Of a stretch of 64,000 nt of DNA, positions 57,592-64,000 are shown piece by piece. The DNA lies in assembly GCA_938020365.1 (NCBI GenBank), contig CALIIB010000107.1:292-64291 (forward strand). Reading direction: 5' to 3'. How positions within the stretch are numbered: the stretch's first letter is position 1; every line of letters starts with the position of its first letter. Made by a program: the position numbers and the translations under genes. The DNA is from an uncultured Streptococcus sp. (GTDB lineage Bacteria; Bacillota; Bacilli; Lactobacillales; Streptococcaceae). The notes beneath the pieces were generated by a model. The model ran no database searches, had not been told where the DNA came from, and was given only the letters and a program-made list of their open reading frames with translations.

Positions 57592-58818
57592 ATGGGAATA
57601 ATTTTTGATTACCTAGACCAAGTAGCTTACGATAGTATCTACGAGACCCCCTTTAATGAACTGGATATGCTGATGCTGACGGAAATAACTTATCTGCCTT
57701 TTGACCAGATTGTATCTGATCAGATGTCCCCTGATTGTACTTGCCGCTTGTTTGAAGCTGCTGAAAAACTGCCCCAAGATTTGTCCATGTTGGTTACTAA
57801 AAATCGCTTGAAACTTTTAGAAAAGATAACTAGCTCAACTCGCTTCAAAAATATTAAGCTCATGGGCTATGTCAATGATATTGATCCTGATGTCCAAAAG
57901 CAGTTTGCAGCTATGATTTTCAAAATCAAGCCTGAGACCTATGTCCTGACCTTCCGCGGAACTGATGATTCCATTATTGGCTGGAAAGAGGACTTCCACA
58001 TGACTTATATGGATCAGGTACCAGCTCAAAAAACGGCGGTCAATTATCTGCGAAAAGCCATGGATGCTCTGCCTGGTCAGTTCATCCTGACTGGTCACTC
58101 AAAGGGCGGAAATCTAGCCTCCTACGCTGCTAGTCAGATCGAGCCAGAATATCAAGAGCGGATTCAGATCATTTACAGCTATGATGCCCCTGGACTGAAT
58201 CACTCGGTCATCACCAGTCAAGGCTACCAAACTATTTCAGACAAGATAAAGCGCTACATTCCGCAAGGCTCTATCGTCGGAATGATGCTCGAAACACCTA
58301 AGCAGGCTCAGATTGTCAAAAGTACAGCTATCGGCGGTCTGGCCCAGCACGATACCTTCACTTGGCAGATTGCTGACCATACTTTTATCCTGCTGGACAA
58401 CCTCAATCCAGACAGCCTTCAAGTAGATAAAACTCTGAAAAACTGGGTAGATAGCGTTTCTGATGAGGAATTAAAAGACTTTTTCGATCTCTTTTTCGGC
58501 CTCATCCTGGATGCTGGTATCAGCTCTATCAATGACCTCACCAAGCTGGAAAATTTCAACAAAATCTTGGCTGTTTTTGAAAATGCCAATGCTCTCACAG
58601 ATGAGGAGCGGGATATGCTGACGCGATTAGCCAAACTGCTGGTAGACATGCGCTACCAGTCTTGGAAGGACGACATGAACCTGCTGAAGCCTGCAGAAAT
58701 CCAAAAAGAAATCCGAGAAAACATTTCTCAGTTGGTCAATCAGCTCCCTTTTGTCAATACTGAAAAGCCAAAGGAAGAGACCCCTGACACTACTGAAGAA
58801 GATACTTTGCTCTCTTAA
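57592..58818 (+). CDS. DUF2974 (Mbeg1-like) alpha/beta-hydrolase/lipase-family protein
   Basis: ATG at 57592 with SD GGAG 6 nt upstream. GHSKGG nucleophile elbow. The FRGTDDSIIGWKEDF motif is typical of DUF2974. Confidence 0.7.
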   Translation: MGIIFDYLDQVAYDSIYETPFNELDMLMLTEITYLPFDQIVSDQMSPDCTCRLFEAAEKLPQDLSMLVTKNRLKLLEKITSSTRFKNIKLMGYVNDIDPDVQKQFAAMIFKIKPETYVLTFRGTDDSIIGWKEDFHMTYMDQVPAQKTAVNYLRKAMDALPGQFILTGHSKGGNLASYAASQIEPEYQERIQIIYSYDAPGLNHSVITSQGYQTISDKIKRYIPQGSIVGMMLETPKQAQIVKSTAIGGLAQHDTFTWQIADHTFILLDNLNPDSLQVDKTLKNWVDSVSDEELKDFFDLFFGLILDAGISSINDLTKLENFNKILAVFENANALTDEERDMLTRLAKLLVDMRYQSWKDDMNLLKPAEIQKEIRENISQLVNQLPFVNTEKPKEETPDTTEEDTLLS

Positions 58819-58861
58819 ATATGGGTATATCAAAGCCTAGCTAATTATAACCACCCGTCTA

Positions 58862-58916
58862 TGAACCGCACCCCAAAAGTTAGATTTTTTATGTCTAACT
58901 TTTGGGGTGCGGTTCA
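58862..58916. repeat. Perfect 23-bp-stem palindrome between convergent genes
   Basis: TGAACCGCACCCCAAAAGTTAGA - 9 nt - TCTAACTTTTGGGGTGCGGTTCA. Confidence 0.8.
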
Positions 58917-58977
58917 GTAGGAGGGTATTTTTCTCGAACTTAGCGGTGCAAGATGGATTAATAGTCACATAAATATA

Positions 58978-59016
58978 AAAATTCGAGAGTAAAATTAATT
59001 TTTATTCTCGAATTTT
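58978..59016 (-). terminator. Terminator-like hairpin after the AT-rich membrane protein gene
   Basis: AAAATTCGAGA ... TCTCGAATTTT with a T-rich tail on the minus strand. Confidence 0.5.
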
Positions 59017-59019
59017 ATC

Positions 59020-60147
59020 TTACTGAAGGGCATTAGAAAAATTTTCCACAAACTCTTTTAAGTCATCTCTATAATTTTTCAAAAATTGAATCAAGTCTGA
59101 TTTACCAACTATTTTCATATCTTTTATTTTATTGTATTGCTTTCTCTGCTCTTCAAAACCTTGTTCATACTGTTTTCTCATCATTTGAAATGTAGTCTCG
59201 TCATATAAAACAGTACCTTTGATAGCATTTTCATATTGAGCCATATAGTCATCTAAAATTTTTTGGTACATAGTCAAATAATCTCCATAGGTTTGAATTG
59301 ACTCAATTGTCTCATCAGAGACATCTTGTGGTGAAAACACCTGATTTGACTCAGACGAACCATTTGTAGTAACTGATGATGGAGAGGTTAGAAGACCAGT
59401 TTCATTCTTATCGGGCAGTTTTACAGAAGAGATAATATTCTCAAATATTTTTGAATATTCTTTATCAAAAGATTTTGAAGTTGCAAGAACAAAAGTGATC
59501 AGTAAATCGTTATGAGTTAGCGATACAAGTTTTCCCTCTTTTTTACCTTTTACATTCATAATAATATCCCAAGAAAATGCAGGATGGCCATTAACCATCA
59601 TCTTACTTTCACTAGTTTCTATGACATCCGTATTATTATTTTCGAATCCTTCAATGAAATCTTTTCTGATTTCTGTATTTTCCAAAGAAATATTATCCCT
59701 AGAATCAACTGATACTAGAAATAAACTTCCCTCTTCAGGATAAAAATATATAATCTTTTCATTACTATTCGAGGTTGCCCTCTTCCAAGTGCTCGGAACA
59801 GAAAAATTAATGTCCTTAAAAGTCAGCTCTGTCATTTCTTCTTGACTAGAAGATTCTTTATTCCCTTCGTCCTCATTTGTTTGGCTCTGAATTACTTGAT
59901 GTTTTTCTTGATGATAAACATCGCCCATTAAGTAAGCCATAGGGATAGAGACGATGGAAAGGATAAGACCTATAACAGCTAGAAGTTTTTGCGATACCGT
60001 TTTCTGTGACAGGTATAAAATCCCGCATACAAATCCCAGAAGGGCTAGAAGAAGAGATAAAGTACGCATGCTATTTAGACAAGCTATTAACAAAGCCATA
60101 GCTCCTAAAATTGTTGATACCAAAGCCAATTTTTCTTTTTTCATCAT
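59020..60147 (-). CDS. Hypothetical membrane-anchored protein (AT-rich gene)
   Basis: 375 aa. Three N-terminal TM helices, a Ser/Glu-rich linker, a beta-rich domain and a helical C-terminal domain. Clearly more AT-rich than its neighbours. Confidence 0.65.
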   Translation of the reverse strand: MMKKEKLALVSTILGAMALLIACLNSMRTLSLLLALLGFVCGILYLSQKTVSQKLLAVIGLILSIVSIPMAYLMGDVYHQEKHQVIQSQTNEDEGNKESSSQEEMTELTFKDINFSVPSTWKRATSNSNEKIIYFYPEEGSLFLVSVDSRDNISLENTEIRKDFIEGFENNNTDVIETSESKMMVNGHPAFSWDIIMNVKGKKEGKLVSLTHNDLLITFVLATSKSFDKEYSKIFENIISSVKLPDKNETGLLTSPSSVTTNGSSESNQVFSPQDVSDETIESIQTYGDYLTMYQKILDDYMAQYENAIKGTVLYDETTFQMMRKQYEQGFEEQRKQYNKIKDMKIVGKSDLIQFLKNYRDDLKEFVENFSNALQ

Positions 60148-60176
60148 TTAACTCCTAGAACCTTTTCATTAGGTAT

Positions 60177-60199
60177 TATATATATATATATATATATAT
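60177..60199. repeat. (TA)11 dinucleotide microsatellite in a promoter spacer
   Basis: 23 nt of alternating T/A. It lies between the minus-strand TTGACA (60209-60204) and the TATAAT-like end of the tract, about 30 nt upstream of the 59020-60147 gene. Confidence 0.9.
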
Positions 60200-60230
60200 G
60201 AATTGTCAAGTGTTTTTTAAAAATTATTCA

Positions 60231-60258
60231 CAAAAAATCCCAGCATATTGCTGGGATT
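60231..60258 (-). terminator. Rho-independent terminator after metG
   Basis: Minus-strand AATCCCAGC-aatat-GCTGGGATT followed by TTTTTTG. Confidence 0.8.
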
Positions 60259-60321
60259 CATTACTAATTATGTTGGTTTGCTAATCAACATTTCCTATTA
60301 TAGAAATTGTTCTAAATAACA

Positions 60322-62319
60322 TTACCCAATCAAACTTCCATTTGGGACTTTCTCGTCCACAGTTAGGAGAGTCAGTTGGTCGCCGTGCTCGGCTGAGAGG
60401 ATCATACCTTGACTGATGCGGCCCATCATTTTGCGCGGTTTGAGGTTGGCCACAATTTGGACTTTCTTACCGACCAGTTCTTGCTCGTTTGGATAGTATT
60501 TAGCAATACCAGAGAGGATTTGACGGTCTTCGCCGTCTCCTGCATCCAAGCGGAACTGGAGCAGCTTGTCAGAGCCTTCAACTTTAGAAACTTCTTTGAC
60601 TTCTGCGACACGGATTTCTACCTTATCAAAGTCGTCAAATTTGATTTCCTTGCGGTTAAGTTTAAGCTCCACTTCTTCGGGCTTCCATTCTTTTTCAACC
60701 GCAGGTTTGTTGCCTTCCATTTGTTCCTTGATATAGGCAATTTCTTCTTCCATATCCAGACGTGGGAAGATTGGCGTTCCTTTTTCTACAACTGTCAGAC
60801 CTGCTGGGAGCTGGTCAATTGCTAGGTTTTCCAACGAAACTGCTTGAGGCAAGCCCAGTTGACTGAGAACAGCCTTGCTGGTTTCCATCATAAACGGCTC
60901 AATCATATGGGCAACAACACGGAGGCTGGCTGCCAAGTGGCTCATGACTGCTGCCAGTTCTTTGACCTTGGCTTTATCTTTTGCCAGAACCCAAGGAGCG
61001 GTCTCATCGATATATTTATTGGTGCGGGAGATGAGCGTCCAGACTGCTTCTAAGGCGCGTGGGTAATCAACTGCATCCATGTGTTTGTAGTAGTCAGCGA
61101 TGGATTGGGCTGCCACTTGAGCCAGAGCACCATCAAAGTCTGTTACATTTTCTTCATAGGCCGGCACTTGACCGTCAAAGTACTTGTTAATCATGGAAAC
61201 AGTTCGGTTGAGCAGGTTTCCAAGGTCGTTGGCTAGCTCATAGTTGATACGGCCAACATAATCTTCTGGTGTGAAGGTTCCATCAGATCCAACCGGAAGA
61301 CTGCGCATGAGGTAATAGCGCAAAGCATCCAAGCCATAGCGTTCGACCAGCATTTCAGGATAGATCACGTTTCCTTTAGACTTAGACATCTTGCCATCCT
61401 TCATGACAAACCAACCATGGCCAATCAAACGTTCTGGTAATTTCACATCCAACATCATAAGGAGGACTGGCCAGTAGATGGAGTGGAAACGAAGGATGTC
61501 TTTCCCAACCATGTGGAAGACTGTTCCGTTCCAGAACTTATCAAAGTTACCGTGCTCATCTTGACCGTAACCAAGAGCAGTCACATAGTTGAGCAGGGCA
61601 TCGAACCAAACATAGACAACATGTCTTGGATTAGATGGCACAGGCACGCCCCAAGTAAAGGTTGTACGAGAAACTGCCAAATCTTCCAGGCCCGGCTCGA
61701 TAAAGTTTTTCAGCATTTCATTGAGACGGCCGTCTGGCGTAATGAAGTCAGGATGAGATTTGAAAAATTCTACCAAGCGGTCTTGGTACTTGCTGAGACG
61801 GAGGAAGTAAGACTCTTCTGAAACCCACTCCACTTCATGTCCAGATGGCGCAATTCCGCCCGTTACATTTCCAGCTTCATCACGGAAAACTTCAGCCAGC
61901 TGGCTTTCAGTGAAGAATTCCTCATCAGATACAGAATACCAACCTGAATATTCACCCAAGTAGATATCATCTTGAGCTAAGAGACGTTCAAAGACATCAG
62001 CCACAATCTTTTCATGGTAGTCATCGGTCGTTCGGATAAATTTATCATACGAAATGTCCAGCAGTTTCCAGAGTTCCTTGACCCCAACTGCCATACCATC
62101 GACGTAAGCTTGAGGACTGATACCAGCTTCCTCAGCTTTTTGCTGGATTTTTTGACCGTGCTCATCAAGACCAGTCAGATAGAAAACATCATAGCCCATG
62201 AGACGCTTGTAGCGAGCCAAGACGTCGCAGGCAATGGTCGTATAGGCAGACCCGATATGGAGCTTGCCAGACGGGTAATAAATAGGTGTCGTAATATAAA
62301 ACGATTGTTTTGTAGTCAT
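60322..62319 (-). CDS. metG: Methionyl-tRNA synthetase (with C-terminal tRNA-binding domain)
   Basis: 665 aa. HIGH-type motif LHIGSAYT and the KMSKS motif. C-terminal EMAP/Trbp111-like domain. Confidence 0.96.
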   Translation of the reverse strand: MTTKQSFYITTPIYYPSGKLHIGSAYTTIACDVLARYKRLMGYDVFYLTGLDEHGQKIQQKAEEAGISPQAYVDGMAVGVKELWKLLDISYDKFIRTTDDYHEKIVADVFERLLAQDDIYLGEYSGWYSVSDEEFFTESQLAEVFRDEAGNVTGGIAPSGHEVEWVSEESYFLRLSKYQDRLVEFFKSHPDFITPDGRLNEMLKNFIEPGLEDLAVSRTTFTWGVPVPSNPRHVVYVWFDALLNYVTALGYGQDEHGNFDKFWNGTVFHMVGKDILRFHSIYWPVLLMMLDVKLPERLIGHGWFVMKDGKMSKSKGNVIYPEMLVERYGLDALRYYLMRSLPVGSDGTFTPEDYVGRINYELANDLGNLLNRTVSMINKYFDGQVPAYEENVTDFDGALAQVAAQSIADYYKHMDAVDYPRALEAVWTLISRTNKYIDETAPWVLAKDKAKVKELAAVMSHLAASLRVVAHMIEPFMMETSKAVLSQLGLPQAVSLENLAIDQLPAGLTVVEKGTPIFPRLDMEEEIAYIKEQMEGNKPAVEKEWKPEEVELKLNRKEIKFDDFDKVEIRVAEVKEVSKVEGSDKLLQFRLDAGDGEDRQILSGIAKYYPNEQELVGKKVQIVANLKPRKMMGRISQGMILSAEHGDQLTLLTVDEKVPNGSLIG

Positions 62320-62508
62320 TTTTTAATCCTTTCAAGGCTAATGAAACCTTTTTTGATAACACTTCATTATATCATATTTCCTAGCGATTGAAAGAGGGGA
62401 CTCCTCCTTCTTCTAGCCTTTTTGTAGCTTTACAATCACTTTGCTATAAATCAACTCTATCTTTTGGTATAATAAACTCAGGAAATTTCTACTAGAAAAG
62501 GACATTTT

Positions 62509-63336
62509 ATGAAACTCATTTCTTGGAACATTGACTCTCTCAACGCTGCCTTAACCAGTGATTCTGCCCGCGCTCAGCTCTCTCAGGCTGTCCTTCGGAC
62601 CTTGCAAGCAGAAAATGCGGATATCATCGCTATTCAGGAAACGAAGCTTTCCGCTAAAGGACCGACTAAAAAACATCTTGAGATTTTAGAAGACCTCTTC
62701 CCAGGCTATGAAAACACTTGGCGCTCCTCTCAAGAGCCAGCCCGCAAAGGCTATGCTGGAACTATGTTTCTCTACAAAAAAGAACTGACACCAATCGTGA
62801 CCTTCCCAGAAATCGGTGCTCCGTCAACCATGGATGCTGAAGGTCGCATCATTACGCTGGAATTTGACGACTTCTTCGTCACTCAGGTCTATACGCCTAA
62901 TGCTGGCGATGGCCTCAAACGCTTGGAAGAACGTCAGGTCTGGGATGTCAAATACGCTGAATACTTGGCATCACTGGATGAACAAAAACCAGTCCTCGCA
63001 ACTGGAGACTACAATGTAGCTCACAAGGAAATCGACTTGGCCAATCCAGCCAGCAACCGCCGTTCACCAGGCTTTACCGATGAAGAGCGTGCCGGTTTCA
63101 CTAACCTACTGGCTAAAGGCTTTACCGATACCTTCCGCCACTTGCACGGCGATATCCCTAACCAATACACTTGGTGGGCGCAGCGCAGCAAGACTTCTAA
63201 AATCAACAACACAGGATGGAGAATCGACTACTGGCTGACCAGCAATCGCGTGGCTGACAAGGTGATCAAGTCTGATATGATTGACTCTGGTGCACGGCAA
63301 GACCACACTCCGATTGTCATGGAAATTGAACTTTAA
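62509..63336 (+). CDS. exoA: Exodeoxyribonuclease III family AP endonuclease
   Basis: 275 aa with MKLISWNIDSLNAAL...IQETK...GDYNVAH...WRIDYW...SDHTPIVMEI-type motifs. Confidence 0.93.
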   Translation: MKLISWNIDSLNAALTSDSARAQLSQAVLRTLQAENADIIAIQETKLSAKGPTKKHLEILEDLFPGYENTWRSSQEPARKGYAGTMFLYKKELTPIVTFPEIGAPSTMDAEGRIITLEFDDFFVTQVYTPNAGDGLKRLEERQVWDVKYAEYLASLDEQKPVLATGDYNVAHKEIDLANPASNRRSPGFTDEERAGFTNLLAKGFTDTFRHLHGDIPNQYTWWAQRSKTSKINNTGWRIDYWLTSNRVADKVIKSDMIDSGARQDHTPIVMEIEL

Positions 63337-63347
63337 GGAGGAATCCG

Positions 63348-63734
63348 ATGGACTATCAGGCTGTTATCCCCGAATTTATGGTATCTGACATCGAACAGTC
63401 GCGCCACTTCTACTGCGACTTACTGGGCTTCTCTATCGAATACGAGCGTCCCGAGGAGAAATTTCTCTTCCTTTCGCTTGAAGACTGCCAGCTTATGCTA
63501 GAAGAAGGCAGCGCAGAAGAATTAGCCCAACTGACCTATCCTTTCGGGCGTGGTGTCAATATTTCCTTTGGCATCGAAGATGTCCCTCAGCTCCACCAAA
63601 AACTGCTGGAAGCTGACTATCCCATCCATCGTCCGCTGACCAAAAGAGAATTTCGAGTGGGAGATAGCTTTATTTATCCCCATGAATTTGGGGTTTTGGA
63701 TCCAGATGGATATTTTCTACGATTTAGTGAATAA
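63348..63734 (+). CDS. VOC (glyoxalase/bleomycin-resistance) family protein
   Basis: 128 aa with FYCDLLGF...DPDGYFLRF patterns. Confidence 0.7.
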   Translation: MDYQAVIPEFMVSDIEQSRHFYCDLLGFSIEYERPEEKFLFLSLEDCQLMLEEGSAEELAQLTYPFGRGVNISFGIEDVPQLHQKLLEADYPIHRPLTKREFRVGDSFIYPHEFGVLDPDGYFLRFSE

Positions 63735-63799
63735 GAAAAAAGAGGCTGCTAGCCCCTTTTTTCTATTTACAAATAGGTTGCTCGAATCCGCTCATACTA

Positions 63800-64000
63800 T
63801 TAGAGAGTATTTTGTAGTGGAAAGCGTCCAAAGTTCTGTTCCTTAAGTGCAGGATTTCCTAACTGATAGACCTTATCAGCCTGCTGAGTTAGACTATCCC
63901 ATGGCTCTTTGCCAATACGGCTGACCAGTTCAACTTTTCCCTTAAGCTTGGACAAATGCCGACGCCCCTGCTCGGAAAATCCTAAGATATGAATCCCTGA
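63800..64000 (-). CDS. 3' end of a gene that continues beyond the window (product unknown)
   Basis: Open minus-strand frame from the window edge to TAA at 63800-63802 (...[36 protein letters not shown]...FPLQNTL). Confidence 0.5.
   Translation of the reverse strand, partial: SGIHILGFSEQGRRHLSKLKGKVELVSRIGKEPWDSLTQQADKVYQLGNPALKEQNFGRFPLQNTL

Noticed and set aside
62320-62508. T-box or other riboswitch leader upstream of metG
   Set aside because: No T-box core sequence or specifier/antiterminator architecture is visible on the minus strand. The region looks like a plain divergent promoter region shared with exoA.

Overview
This window is a Streptococcus chromosomal segment; the gene content suggests the viridans / mitis-sanguinis group, but that assignment is inference. 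Almost all core genes are on the minus strand. Going left to right they are: tRNA-Leu, rbfA-infB-ylxQ-ylxR-nusA-rimP, stkP-phpP-rsmB-fmt-priA-rpoZ-gmk, a DUF177 gene, an amino-acid permease, and an SDR gene with a DUF2829 gene.

A 13.1-kb integrase-bounded island (18168-31304) follows, flanked by a perfect 22-bp direct repeat. It has the layout of a phage satellite (PICI-like): a repressor/cro switch, Bro-N and Rha proteins, excisionase-like HTH proteins, and a Rep ATPase followed by an iteron origin. It has no virion genes. Its cargo is a RhuM gene, three unknown proteins, MazEF, a DUF1492 regulator and HicAB.

To the right of the island lie two GNAT genes, an S41 peptidase and an APC permease. 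Two BceAB-type ABC transporters are served by a single BceRS-like two-component system. This region also holds a 2266-aa YSIRK/LPXTG beta-galactosidase (BgaA-like), a TetR-controlled membrane/NrdI-like pair, and an ABC-2/LytTR/DUF3021 operon whose LytTR gene is frameshifted. Further right are a divergent NRAMP-like transporter, a DUF2974 hydrolase, an AT-rich membrane protein gene with a (TA)11 promoter repeat, metG, exoA and a VOC gene.

The main leads are:
- the satellite island and its uncharacterised cargo;
- a four-site conserved operator/promoter module that defines a dispersed Bce-type regulon, including a new 43-aa ORF;
- two BceA ATPases that are identical in protein sequence but differ at about 9% of nucleotides, all synonymous;
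- a roughly 180-bp MITE-like repeat present in three copies.

All functional calls rest on motif recognition by eye. No database searches were run.
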